Source: a virus (lineage: Duplodnaviria > Caudoviricetes). From it: DNA of 37,529 bases. Under the pieces are notes generated by a model. That model saw only the letters and a program-made list of their open reading frames with translations. It had not been told where the DNA came from and searched no databases. Shown here one piece after another: positions 18,901 through 26,857 of the stretch. Location of the stretch: positions 1 through 37,529 of the IMG/VR virus record IMGVR_UViG_3300025314_000058; one strand, given 5' to 3'. The translations under genes were made by a program, and so were the position numbers. Position 1 is the stretch's first letter. Each line of letters opens with the position of its first letter.

Positions 18901-20103
18901 GCTATTAAATCGCGAGATGTTACAGTTGATTTCTCAAAAGCAGGTACAATTGGTAAGATTTTAAATCAAGTAATTCCATTTTTGAACGCTAATATTCAGG
19001 GAGCCGAAAGATTAGGCCATGCGTGGAAACAGAATCCTAAACAAGCAGCTTTAATGGCAGGAACATTTATAGGTTTTCCAGCAATGCTTCTTTATATTCT
19101 TAATCGGTCTTTTGATGATTATAACGATATTCCGCAATATGAAAGAGATTTAAACTGGATAATTATTTATAAAGATAGAACGCCACAGGAAAGAGCAGAA
19201 AGAAAACCTCTTTATGCAATCAAGGCTCCAAAAGGACAAATAATATCCCCTGTTGCTAATGCTATAGAGAATTTCTTGCGTTTTGTTGATAATAACCATC
19301 CGCGTTCAGTTCCTGAATTTTTCGCAACTTTTATAGAAGATATTTCACCTATTGGTTTTCCATATAATAGGGAAGCTATGGGTAAATCATTATCCAGAAT
19401 ATTGCCTCCTGGTTTAAGAGCAGGAATTGAAGCAACCACTGGACAGAGCCTTTTTAGAGGACAACCCATTGTTCCTGAATATATGCAAGATGTAGCACCT
19501 GCTGAACAGTATACTCAATATACGCCTGAATTGTACAAACAAATAGGACAGTTATTCAATGTTTCGCCATTGCAGCTTGAAAATATTGTTCAAACTACAA
19601 CAGGCGGGGTAGGAAGACAAGTAGGCCGTGTACTATCAGGAGATATATTTGGTGGAACAGGTGGGGAAATAGGAAGAAGATTTACCGAAGTAAGAGGCGG
19701 AGAGCAAGTAGGAAAAGAATTTGAGGAAATTAGAAAATTTGAAGAAGAAAAACGAACTTTATCTTTAAAAGATAGACGATTGGCTCAACAAATAATTGAT
19801 GAGATTGTGGCTAGTACAACGAAAGAAGGAAGATTACAAGTTCTGCGAAAGTATCAAAATGTAATAACACCGTCCATTGAAAAAGCGATGGATGATTTAG
19901 CAGAAGAAAAGGCATTAAAAACAACGCAAATAGAAAGAGCGCTTAGAAATTCAAGCGTTTCAACAAGAGCAAGAGTTATTTTAAATCAAATAAAAAGTCT
20001 TGAAACAAAACAAGAAAGAGCTACTTATGTGCAAAGAATGCAGCAAATTGGTATGCTGACTCAAGCAGTCGAGGAAGAAATAGCAAGAATTATGGGAGAA
20101 TAA
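15949..20103 (+). CDS. Large internal virion/DNA-ejection protein with LPD38-like domain
   Basis: 1384 aa, helical. FYVPF, FIPTNIIRD, SRDVTVDFSKAG, VIPFLNANIQG, IPQYERDLNWII and IKAPKG are typical of large polyvalent proteins of podoviruses. Confidence 0.75.
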   Translation: MPFHTTAQRFLGNFLGQTELGRTYRQAQTLSSPKELRTAFETFKRPIETFGRQIGGGVNIQLARRRTEDANKRLQEQINRMVVQQSRVPPEQRERLRRSVTATQEQINRNIEDYRRVVGEEIRPPREVIEAGVGTAATTLGLLSGARHPAALAKFTGVSGVLGGLVGGGIAALQGKKPSEIIEQAKQSAAEFLGRAPAIYGVVRGTDPFLARALQKVSLPAQRFLSQRGLGAISQTAVRRGLPAALNVLQGVPVDIALQRKPLTPESLAIDIATGALFGPGQFQQAEFKLPSKESLRKIGGLFGQQKGFIKLPFLGQKVEKMPDIRLPNILAEAQAERLLSEGHTPKFVKGVYGKDVLNAAMNSLQMKRLIKWRPQEGILRPEEMRLGDQRGFIDFGAKVELPTKTFGAIQKEIQRKTGRGFLADFDKAVNRGNFEVARKIIANVPESNPYKKVMKNLLDRITPEFQVPLQQKPLTEFQRTRESLRTPYEGIFEQTRPPALREIMAQKRLAEAGFIKLGEEVGIPPIKPEVPKIETPTLQKIQTGFEAGKKAREVKRITPDIRTQLLDRLSPIFDLVKQAKEDLPVEVNPYKRMRLLAGLNGKIEIELKQGLQPVLQRNRTRLPDLSSLLIMDRTKELIANGKKTFLSTDDLARGRTELIAKYGQDGFDQLEQSAKEVRQFGNTLLKRLRNSGIIDDVSYKNIKAKNQFYVPFEVVEHITDNLEKGRFARTSYNVASQDVIKRLIGSEKELGDPIEALVRKTGQVMALTERNEAMQNLINLRNVDSAFQELITPFKETDVIPKGMNTINLFVDGQNVRYLVPEPVAAAIKNLDAEASNILVRTLTPQARILRAGATILNMAFIPTNIIRDIQNAMFLTRAEQGLKGTAELIFSYPMALASAAKRDDLYQDWLRQGGAHATLTEQLFRRPQITVQSLAGIKPPLYRRVATAIPDAIRYLGETGEQATRLARYKAGLTLGETPTEAAIKSRDVTVDFSKAGTIGKILNQVIPFLNANIQGAERLGHAWKQNPKQAALMAGTFIGFPAMLLYILNRSFDDYNDIPQYERDLNWIIIYKDRTPQERAERKPLYAIKAPKGQIISPVANAIENFLRFVDNNHPRSVPEFFATFIEDISPIGFPYNREAMGKSLSRILPPGLRAGIEATTGQSLFRGQPIVPEYMQDVAPAEQYTQYTPELYKQIGQLFNVSPLQLENIVQTTTGGVGRQVGRVLSGDIFGGTGGEIGRRFTEVRGGEQVGKEFEEIRKFEEEKRTLSLKDRRLAQQIIDEIVASTTKEGRLQVLRKYQNVITPSIEKAMDDLAEEKALKTTQIERALRNSSVSTRARVILNQIKSLETKQERATYVQRMQQIGMLTQAVEEEIARIMGE

Positions 20104-20104
20104 T

Positions 20105-20839
20105 ATGCAAGTAAAATTTATCCCTGCCAATAGTAATAATTTCGAGAAAGGAAGAAGGAATAATAATATTAATCTTGTAGTGCTTCATTGGATTGTAGGA
20201 ACTCTTGAATCTATTGATGCTACTTTTGCTGATCCTAAACGTTTCGCTTCAGCCCACTACGGAATCGGAGATGGGGAAATTCACCAGTATGTTAAAGACG
20301 AAGATACTGCATTTCACGCAGGAGTATTTGATATTAACTTAAAAAGTATAGGTATTGAACACGAAGGGAGTCCTAATTTACCTATAACCGATGCTACTTA
20401 TCAAACTTCAGCCCAATTTGTCGAAGAATTATGCCGTAAATATAGGATTCCATTAGATAGAGACCATATAAAAGGACATAAAGAATTTAAAGCTACACAA
20501 TGTCCTGGAACTTTAGATATAGATAGGATAATTCGTGAAGCAAAATCATTTTCTCCTCAATCAGTTATAGATAAACTAAGAAATGAAAGAGACCAAAACT
20601 GGAATTTGTATCAAGAGGAAAAAAAGAAAAATGGTGTAAATGAAGCTCATTATGAAGAATTACGAAAAATAATTAGGGAAAAAGATGAAAAAATTACGCA
20701 AATAAATCAAAATATGGTTATTCTTTCTATAAAAAATACTGAATTAACTGAAGAAATTATAAAACTTCAAGAAACAAAAAATATATTCACTTTAATGAAA
20801 CAATTATTTAAAAAATTTATTAACAGATGGAAAAAATAG
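20105..20839 (+). CDS. Endolysin, N-acetylmuramoyl-L-alanine amidase (Amidase_2) with C-terminal coiled coil
   Basis: VVLHW, ASAHY, AFHAG, SIGIEHEG and GHKEFKATQCPG Zn-amidase motifs. Confidence 0.92.
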   Translation: MQVKFIPANSNNFEKGRRNNNINLVVLHWIVGTLESIDATFADPKRFASAHYGIGDGEIHQYVKDEDTAFHAGVFDINLKSIGIEHEGSPNLPITDATYQTSAQFVEELCRKYRIPLDRDHIKGHKEFKATQCPGTLDIDRIIREAKSFSPQSVIDKLRNERDQNWNLYQEEKKKNGVNEAHYEELRKIIREKDEKITQINQNMVILSIKNTELTEEIIKLQETKNIFTLMKQLFKKFINRWKK

Positions 20840-21171
20840 AACAGGACTTTGTATTAGAAGAATTAAAAAAAATAGTTCGTAGAGTAGATACTATTCAGAA
20901 AACATTGGATCTTTTATATCAAGATCGTAATATCTTAGAAGATATTCTTTCAAGACTTACAGCATTAGAATATTCTCTTAATCTTAATAAAGATCATCAG
21001 ACTCAGGTACAGAAAGATATTAAAGCAGATATTGGAGAAGTTGCAATAACAGTTGAAGATAAAATGGAAGAAGTCAAAGAAAAATTGGATAATAAAACTG
21101 TAGTAATAAGAAGTAGTAAAAAAAATATATTTCAAAAAATAAAGAATCTATTTAACAAAAATGAGGAATAA
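20827..21171 (+). CDS. Coiled-coil protein in lysis module
   Basis: 114 aa with heptad pattern; overlaps both neighbours. Confidence 0.65.
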   Translation: MEKIEQDFVLEELKKIVRRVDTIQKTLDLLYQDRNILEDILSRLTALEYSLNLNKDHQTQVQKDIKADIGEVAITVEDKMEEVKEKLDNKTVVIRSSKKNIFQKIKNLFNKNEE

Positions 21172-21349
21172 CAACGGCATCTTTAAAGGCATGACCCAAC
21201 AACACTTAAAAGATATTGATGATAACATTTGCGAAATTCGTAAAGACATAAAGAGTCTTAATAAAAGATACTGGGTCATGCTGATTTTATTAGTTGTCGC
21301 GGTAGTAGAAAGGGCGCCTGCGTTAGTAGATTTTGCTTTCGCTAAATGA
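21161..21349 (+). CDS. Small membrane protein (coiled coil plus 1 TM; holin/XhlA-like)
   Basis: HLKDIDDNICEIRKDI followed by hydrophobic YWVMLILLVVAVV. Confidence 0.6.
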   Translation: MRNNNGIFKGMTQQHLKDIDDNICEIRKDIKSLNKRYWVMLILLVVAVVERAPALVDFAFAK

Positions 21350-21471
21350 AAAACGTTTATTATATTACTTGCAAGGTTTGTAAATTTGGGATTGTAGTCT
21401 ACAAGCCAACTGAAGAAAAACTTAAAATAGAAAGAGAAGAATTTAAGGAACAGCATAGACATGAAAAATGA
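21346..21471 (+). CDS. 41-aa CxxC...HxH micro-protein, not in ORF track
   Basis: MKNVYYITCKVCKFG...EQHRHEK; ATGA overlaps at both ends. Confidence 0.55.
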   Translation: MKNVYYITCKVCKFGIVVYKPTEEKLKIEREEFKEQHRHEK

Positions 21472-21812
21472 AGAAGGAATTATTATTATTAGGATTATTA
21501 AGTTTAGGCGGAATATCAACTGTGTTTACAAAGTCAATTCATACCGAGGAGATACAAGGCTGTGAAGCGATAGTTGTTGAAAACACATTGTTTAAAAGAG
21601 GAGTAACTTTACCGTTGCTTTTCGGCGACAGCATAATTATTTATGACGGCAATAAAAGTTTATTAGAACATGAAAAAGGACACAGTGAACAAATATGCGG
21701 GGAAGGAATAATCTTCGCGGCTAATTATTTCAAGAATAGAGAGTTTTACGAAAAAGATGCGGATAAAAGAATGATAGAAGGTGAGGTGAGAGAAAATGAA
21801 TGTTCTAAATAA
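21468..21812 (+). CDS. Exported/membrane-anchored HExxH zincin-like metallopeptidase
   Basis: Signal-like MKKELLLLGLLSLGG; GVTL, LLEHEKGHSEQ and YEKDA. Confidence 0.65.
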   Translation: MKKELLLLGLLSLGGISTVFTKSIHTEEIQGCEAIVVENTLFKRGVTLPLLFGDSIIIYDGNKSLLEHEKGHSEQICGEGIIFAANYFKNREFYEKDADKRMIEGEVRENECSK

Positions 21813-22005
21813 AACAGTTGAAGCTGGCAAAGATACACAAAAAACTTTCTTCTGGGTTTTAGGATCAACAGTAGTTGGTATTATAGTAGCTTTTTTAGCT
21901 GATCCAGAGGTTCTTGAGGTTGTAAAAACTAACCCTAAAATTGCCATTTGGATTCCCGTAATTAACGTGGTCATGGTCTTTGCCAAGCAATTATTCAGAA
22001 AGTAA
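21796..22005 (+). CDS. Holin-like protein (2 TM)
   Basis: 69 aa, two hydrophobic segments, basic C-terminus, at the end of the lysis module. Confidence 0.6.
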   Translation: MNVLNKTVEAGKDTQKTFFWVLGSTVVGIIVAFLADPEVLEVVKTNPKIAIWIPVINVVMVFAKQLFRK

Positions 22006-22145
22006 TAAAACTCTTGTCTATAGTGCTATTATGTGTCAAATTTGACATTGTAGAAGATAGTTCTTATGAATGAGAATGGTCTTATTATCAGTGGTCTAGG
22101 TTTACTTTTAATGATTATTTTCATAGAATATACTAAATTGAAACC

Positions 22146-22403
22146 ATGATAGAGAAAGAATTAAGAGGAGATGAACTTATTGAAATTCATTATTTTGAAA
22201 GCGGAATTCATTATGTTCTTGCTTCTGACAAGAGACAAGAATATAAACGCAAGGCAAACAGAAACATGATAGAAAATAATACAGGCGGTACATGGCCAGG
22301 GCATAACAGCAGAACATGGTCAAGAGGAGGGATGCATGGGATTGAAAGAAATAGTACCAGTAACACAACAAAACGTGGAGATCAACGCCAAGACATTAGA
22401 TAA
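22146..22403 (+). CDS. Hypothetical protein
   Basis: 85-aa ORF; the 68-nt overlap with the next ORF lowers confidence in its 3' end. Confidence 0.45.
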   Translation: MIEKELRGDELIEIHYFESGIHYVLASDKRQEYKRKANRNMIENNTGGTWPGHNSRTWSRGGMHGIERNSTSNTTKRGDQRQDIR

Positions 22404-22647
22404 TGCAATTAAAAGCATCTTTTATATTGATGAGATAAAGAAACATATAATAGAAAAAGAAAAACCAGTACAGATATTCTCAAAAATTGGAGATAGCGAA
22501 GATGAGGCAAAACTTATAGAAATAGATGATGAATTTGAGAAAATAATTTATGGAATGAAAAAAGGAGCTCATAGAGAATTATGGTTAGATGGTTTTTCAC
22601 GCATAGCGGATGATATTATAAAAGAGAATGAGAAAAAAGAACGTTGA
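22336..22647 (+). CDS. Hypothetical protein
   Basis: 103 aa, GAGGAGG SD upstream. Confidence 0.65.
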   Translation: MGLKEIVPVTQQNVEINAKTLDNAIKSIFYIDEIKKHIIEKEKPVQIFSKIGDSEDEAKLIEIDDEFEKIIYGMKKGAHRELWLDGFSRIADDIIKENEKKER

Positions 22648-22780
22648 GTTTATAAAATCTAAGGATGATAATGACTATTTAATTATAATCTACAAAGGCA
22701 CAACTTATGCTAGCGAGCTAAAAATATCAGAAGAAGAATTAAAAATACTAGACGAGTTTTTACATGAAAGAACTGCCTAA
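22628..22780 (+). CDS. Hypothetical protein (50 aa), not in ORF track
   Basis: MRKKNVEFIKSKDDNDYLIIIYKG...; fills the gap between ORFs. Confidence 0.55.
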   Translation: MRKKNVEFIKSKDDNDYLIIIYKGTTYASELKISEEELKILDEFLHERTA

Positions 22781-23000
22781 TAATCCATTCCCGCAAGATG
22801 CTTATCCGAGCTTCTTCGGCTTATTTCAAAATAAGCCTGCTTTGTTATCAAAAATAAATAAGGAGGATCATAACCTCGGTAAAGCGGTATTAAGATATAT
22901 TGAAAATGGGGTTATGGAAGGATTTAAGATACTAAATAGAAAAGGAAAACCAGATATGTTGATAAGAATTAAGCCACTTGACAAGTTATCTAATAAGTGA
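22764..23000 (+). CDS. Hypothetical protein
   Basis: 78-aa ORF. Confidence 0.6.
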   Translation: MKELPNNPFPQDAYPSFFGLFQNKPALLSKINKEDHNLGKAVLRYIENGVMEGFKILNRKGKPDMLIRIKPLDKLSNK

Positions 23001-23060
23001 TACCAATAAGTTTAACGTCCAGAGAGTTAAAGTAATTACTTTCTGAAACGCTCTTTCATA

Positions 23061-23101
23061 CAAAAGAGGAGTAGCTACAAAAAGTTTCTACTCCTCTTTT
23101 G
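23061..23101. terminator. Strong hairpin, probable (bidirectional) terminator
   Basis: CAAAAGAGGAGTAG(23061-23074)/CTACTCCTCTTTTG(23088-23101), a perfect 14-bp inverted repeat. Confidence 0.7.
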
Positions 23102-23127
23102 ATTTAGTCTGTACTAAAAGTTGATAG

Positions 23128-23156
23128 TTGACTTTTTCTTACAGATTTATTACATT
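23128..23156 (+). promoter_or_regulatory. Sigma70-type promoter for replication genes
   Basis: TTGACT(23128-23133)-17 bp-TACATT(23151-23156), with ATG at 23169. Confidence 0.55.
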
Positions 23157-23168
23157 ATTCTTATAAAT

Positions 23169-23351
23169 ATGGACGGACAGAAAGAAGTTAAAGTTGAACC
23201 CAAAAAAATCCCTTTTAAATGCGTTGTTTGTAATGGTTTTGGTAGTCTTAAATATGGCGCAAAAACTTGTCAAGCTTGTAACGGTCAGGGTTATATTGTA
23301 ATAGATCAGGACGGACGGACGGATTATGAAATACCGACAGATAAACACTAA
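23169..23351 (+). CDS. DnaJ-type Zn-finger micro-protein (start re-assigned to ATG 23169)
   Basis: CVVCNGFG and CQACNGQG are two CxxCxGxG repeats. Confidence 0.7.
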   Translation: MDGQKEVKVEPKKIPFKCVVCNGFGSLKYGAKTCQACNGQGYIVIDQDGRTDYEIPTDKH

Positions 23352-23865
23352 ATTTTGGGAAGATGGATATATTTCGGATTTAACATTAACTGAAAAAATG
23401 TTTTTTCTTTATCTTTTTACCAATAATCATGTAAATCTATGCGGAATCTATGAATTACCCGATAAATATATTTGCTCTACCCTAGACTTTACCTTAGAAC
23501 AACTTGAAAAATTGAAGATAAAATTACAAAACAATAATAAATATGCTTTTTTTAAAAATTGGATTTTTATAATAAACTTTTCGGAACATAATAAATATTC
23601 TTGGGCAAATAATATTCTAAAATCATTTATTAAAGACTTCAATTCGGTTCCAAATGAAATATACAATTATTTTTTTAACGAATTAAAACTTTCATATATT
23701 CCTCCTATTGAAAATTGGAATAAGGTTATGGTAATGGATAAGGTAATTGTTAAGGAGGGTAGGGGGTATGGTAGGGGCTACCCTAGGATTAAGGCTAAAT
23801 TGATTGAAGAAAACGAAGAAAATAATATTGTTGAAGATTTTGCAAAATATAAAGGGGGAAAATAG
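23326..23865 (+). CDS. Phage replication initiator / replisome organiser-like protein
   Basis: N-terminal YRQINTKFWED...EKMFFLYLFTN.H...CGIYE winged-helix signature; low-complexity repeats in the 3' part. Confidence 0.7.
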   Translation: MKYRQINTKFWEDGYISDLTLTEKMFFLYLFTNNHVNLCGIYELPDKYICSTLDFTLEQLEKLKIKLQNNNKYAFFKNWIFIINFSEHNKYSWANNILKSFIKDFNSVPNEIYNYFFNELKLSYIPPIENWNKVMVMDKVIVKEGRGYGRGYPRIKAKLIEENEENNIVEDFAKYKGGK

Positions 23866-23918
23866 TAATGGTAAAAAATATCTTGAAAAACGATTAAAGA
23901 ATTTTGGATTCAAATTTA

Positions 23919-24110
23919 TTACCTTGATTTATACCAAACTTTGTTAATCCAGCACCTAATGCAAAAACTTTCTTCATCGCCAAAAACCGATATAACATCA
24001 ATTCTTCTATGTGATATGTTGACTTTTCTACATAAAATACATTTCTTCAAGGGTACTGAAGTATTATTAAATGATGTTTCGATGTAAATATTGCGGTAAA
24101 ATACTTTCAT
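23919..24110 (-). CDS. Possible Zn-finger protein (only plausible minus-strand gene)
   Basis: 63 aa with CILC and CIRC; occupies a region with no + strand ORF. Confidence 0.4.
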   Translation of the reverse strand: MKVFYRNIYIETSFNNTSVPLKKCILCRKVNISHRRIDVISVFGDEESFCIRCWINKVWYKSR

Positions 24111-24111
24111 G

Positions 24112-24140
24112 TTGACAAAAACCTATCCGTATGATAGCAT
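24112..24140 (+). promoter_or_regulatory. Early promoter P1 (extended -10, leaderless)
   Basis: TTGACA-17 bp-TAGCAT with TGn; ATG lies 6 nt after the -10. Confidence 0.65.
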
Positions 24141-24146
24141 ATAAAT

Positions 24147-24284
24147 ATGCAAGATTATATTAGAGAGTATTTATCCTTACTTGGCAAGAAAAGCTGGCAA
24201 AAAAGGAAAAGTCCCCAAGAGTTTCAAAGAATGAAAGATATTTCTAAATTAGGAGTAGAGGCGCGGAAAAGAAAAAAGATATAG
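24147..24284 (+). CDS. Small basic protein (45 aa), not in ORF track
   Basis: MQDYIREYLSLLGKKSWQKRK...ISKLGVEARKRKKI, directly after P1. Confidence 0.6.
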   Translation: MQDYIREYLSLLGKKSWQKRKSPQEFQRMKDISKLGVEARKRKKI

Positions 24285-24294
24285 AAAGATTTAC

Positions 24295-24323
24295 TTGACA
24301 AACATCAAACCGTATGGTATTAT
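24295..24323 (+). promoter_or_regulatory. Early promoter P2 (extended -10, near-leaderless)
   Basis: TTGACA-17 bp-TATTAT with TGn; ATG at 24332. Confidence 0.7.
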
Positions 24324-24331
24324 GTATTAAT

Positions 24332-24529
24332 ATGAACTTAGCAAAAACCATACAATGCTACAATTACTTCTCCGATTTGATTGCCAAAGTATGCGATGGC
24401 GACAGACAAGACATGGATACTATGGCGAAGAGGTATCTTTGGAAAATTGAAGACTTAGAAGAAATTGTTGAATTTATAAGACAATGTGAAGATCTAGGAA
24501 TACATATTATAGCTCGAAAGCAAAACTAA
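24332..24529 (+). CDS. Hypothetical protein (start re-assigned to 24332)
   Basis: In-frame ATG downstream of P2. Confidence 0.6.
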   Translation: MNLAKTIQCYNYFSDLIAKVCDGDRQDMDTMAKRYLWKIEDLEEIVEFIRQCEDLGIHIIARKQN

Positions 24530-24530
24530 C

Positions 24531-25121
24531 ATGAAAAACTTACATCTTAAAAAGAATAAATCACGAAAACTTACGTACGCTTTAGTAATTGTCTTTATTC
24601 TTATTCTTTTAATAGCGTCATTTTACTTTGTATTAAAGCAAATAAGCATGTATTTTGATACTCATACGTTAACTTTTAATCAAGTTGTAAAAGTTGAATT
24701 AAAAGAACCGATAACTATTAAAGAGAGAAAAGCCGCTACTAGGGAAATAGTTAAGATAATTGAAAGCATACCCGCTCCTTCCGATTTAAAAACCGATCCT
24801 GAAAAACTTATCTATAAATATTTTGGAATAGAGCATTATAAAATGGCTATTGCGGTAAGTCTTTGTGAAGGGCTAAATCATCCAGCCGATGGGTTTAATA
24901 CAAATACTAATGGAAGCATTGATATAGGCTACATGAGGATAAATTCTGTTCATTTTAAAACTCAAGGCTGTTCACTTTTAGAAGTCGCTACTCCAGAGGG
25001 GAATATAAGCTGCGGTTATAGGATTTGGGATAGAGCTGATGGGATAGAGGGTAATAAAGAAGGTAGCTTTTCGCCTTGGGTAGGTTTTACTAATGGCTGT
25101 GCCTTAACGAAATATGAATAA
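24531..25121 (+). CDS. Membrane-anchored lysozyme-like / lytic transglycosylase (SLT fold)
   Basis: N-terminal TM; AIAVSLCE (catalytic Glu), N.NGSIDIGYMRINSVH, NI..GY.IW and FSPW. Confidence 0.8.
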   Translation: MKNLHLKKNKSRKLTYALVIVFILILLIASFYFVLKQISMYFDTHTLTFNQVVKVELKEPITIKERKAATREIVKIIESIPAPSDLKTDPEKLIYKYFGIEHYKMAIAVSLCEGLNHPADGFNTNTNGSIDIGYMRINSVHFKTQGCSLLEVATPEGNISCGYRIWDRADGIEGNKEGSFSPWVGFTNGCALTKYE

Positions 25122-25305
25122 TATGAAAGATTTAATAACTGAAACAAGATGGTGTAAAACACACGCTCCTAAATTAGTAGGCAAATTCAAGAAGGATGAC
25201 AAGTGGGAATGGTATGGCCAATGTTATACGGGATACATTCGTAAAGAAAAATGCGAAGTAGTAATTGAAAAGTTTAATGAGGCTGAGACTCAACAAATGA
25301 TATAA
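25114..25305 (+). CDS. Hypothetical Cys/His-containing protein
   Basis: 63-aa ORF overlapping the previous stop. Confidence 0.55.
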   Translation: MNNMKDLITETRWCKTHAPKLVGKFKKDDKWEWYGQCYTGYIRKEKCEVVIEKFNEAETQQMI

Positions 25306-25344
25306 TTTCAGGTACAGTAAGCAAGGCAGAGGAAGGAGGTGAAA

Positions 25345-25887
25345 ATGATGAGTGATTTTTATTCTAAAGATGAGGATTATAATATACCAAGTACTTCAAG
25401 ATATATGCGCTGGCAGGATGGTGATAATAGATTTCGTATTTTAGGCGCATTTTCGGAGGGTACAGCAATTCAGGGAATTGAATATTGGAAAACAATAGAT
25501 GACACAAGAAAGCCTGTTAGAATTCATAGAACTGAATCTGTGCCTGTTGAGGAGCTCGAATTAAACAAATTCGGAGAACCTGATATACCTAAGTTTTTCT
25601 GGGCTTTTCCCGTATGGAATTATGCCGAAAAAAAAGTACAGATTTTAGAGATAACCCAAAAAACAATCCTAAATTACATTAAAAAAGTAATTGATAATCC
25701 AAAATGGGGTGATCCCAGAGATTACGATTTCATAGTTACTCGTGAAAAACAAGGAGAAAAGACTGTTTACACGGTAACTAATGATCCAAAAGAAAAACTG
25801 GATAAATCAATTATTGATATATATTTGGATACACCGATTAGGATTGGTGCGCTTTTTACAGGTGAAGATCCTTTTAAGGATTCTTGA
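25345..25887 (+). CDS. Single-stranded DNA-binding protein (T4 gp32-like OB fold)
   Basis: NRFRILG, FFWAFPVWNY, VQILEITQKTI and WGDPRDYDFIVTR...T.YTV; AGGAGGTG SD upstream. Confidence 0.65.
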   Translation: MMSDFYSKDEDYNIPSTSRYMRWQDGDNRFRILGAFSEGTAIQGIEYWKTIDDTRKPVRIHRTESVPVEELELNKFGEPDIPKFFWAFPVWNYAEKKVQILEITQKTILNYIKKVIDNPKWGDPRDYDFIVTREKQGEKTVYTVTNDPKEKLDKSIIDIYLDTPIRIGALFTGEDPFKDS

Positions 25888-25972
25888 GTGAATTTTTCAT
25901 TAAACTATTAAAGTAACTTGGTTGTTAACTGGGGTGTGGTTGCCGAACAATTTGTAAAAGATTGAGGGGAAT

Positions 25973-26128
25973 ATGACTTTGGAAGACGCAAAACATTATT
26001 TTTCAATGGCGGAGAGAGAAGGCTATTTTGTGCCAGATAATCTTAATATTATGACAGATGAGGAACTTATTAAATGTGCAAAGGAATTGGGGGCAAGAGG
26101 AGATGCGGAAATAGATATTGAACGATAG
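25973..26128 (+). CDS. Hypothetical protein (51 aa), not in ORF track
   Basis: GAGGGG SD; MTLEDAKHYFSMAEREGY... Confidence 0.6.
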   Translation: MTLEDAKHYFSMAEREGYFVPDNLNIMTDEELIKCAKELGARGDAEIDIER

Positions 26129-26130
26129 CA

Positions 26131-26343
26131 ATGAAAAAGATGGAACAAGCAAGTAAAACACCAGAAGCAGAATTAAGATTTAGAAGAAATCATGGATGCT
26201 TTTCACCTAATTGCAGAAACTTTACTTTTTTAAGAGATTGGGCAGGTTGGGTATGGTGTATAAAACATTACTGGAAACAACTTTGGTTAATAGAACAAAA
26301 AGGCAGGAGACTGTGGTTTTTAAAATCTACTCAGATAGTCTAG
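26131..26343 (+). CDS. Hypothetical protein with CxxxxC...CxxH motif
   Basis: 70-aa ORF. Confidence 0.55.
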   Translation: MKKMEQASKTPEAELRFRRNHGCFSPNCRNFTFLRDWAGWVWCIKHYWKQLWLIEQKGRRLWFLKSTQIV

Positions 26344-26452
26344 GGACAAGCAAGAATAGATACGGCAATAGTTAGTTAAAAAAGAAAGAAAGGAATATAG
26401 GTAGAATGAAAGAAAATAAATCAGATTTAATTAAAAAGAAGGAGGTGGAAAT

Positions 26453-26776
26453 ATGAGTGAAATTAAGCAATACGAGAAATTGCAAGTACCTTTTAAAATA
26501 CAATACGAGAAATTGGAAGTACCTTTTAAAATAGGAGACGCTTATTTCATAAGAACGGTTACCTACCATATGACAGGTAGAGTAAAGGCGATTGTAGGAC
26601 AATTCTTGGTTTTAGAAGATGGGGCTTGGATAGCAGACTCTGGGCGATTTATGGATGCTATTAATAAAGGTATTTTATCTGAAGTAGAACCAGTTGAAGT
26701 TGATATGTTTGTTAATATCAATTCTATTACAGATGCCTTTTTATGGAAAAACAAACTTCCAAGAGAGCAAAAATAG
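26453..26776 (+). CDS. Conserved phage protein (Sm/SH3-like barrel, DUF6948-like)
   Basis: IGDAYFIRTVTYHMTGRV...LEDGAWIADSGRF; AAGGAGGTG SD. Family recalled from memory. Confidence 0.65.
   Translation: MSEIKQYEKLQVPFKIQYEKLEVPFKIGDAYFIRTVTYHMTGRVKAIVGQFLVLEDGAWIADSGRFMDAINKGILSEVEPVEVDMFVNINSITDAFLWKNKLPREQK
26468..26533 (+). repeat. 33-bp tandem duplication (QYEKL[QE]VPFKI x2)
   Basis: 26468-26500 and 26501-26533 differ at one base. Confidence 0.95.
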
Positions 26777-26785
26777 TTTGTTAGC

Positions 26786-26857
26786 CTGTCTGCTGATAGG
26801 TTTTGTCTGTCGGTAGGCAGATAAGAAGGGATACATTCTTTACCACGTCCAAAGAAT
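26786..26857 (+). ncRNA. Intergenic RNA structure: 15-bp stem with five G-U pairs plus a second hairpin abutting the next ATG
   Basis: 26786-26800 pairs with 26806-26820; ATTCTTT(26835-26841)/AAAGAAT(26851-26857). Confidence 0.55.

Noticed and set aside
22034-22070. Palindrome TGTCAAATTTGACA as divergent promoters
   Set aside because: The + strand -10 (TATGAA) is weak and no minus-strand -10 is found. It may be an operator but this is unsupported.
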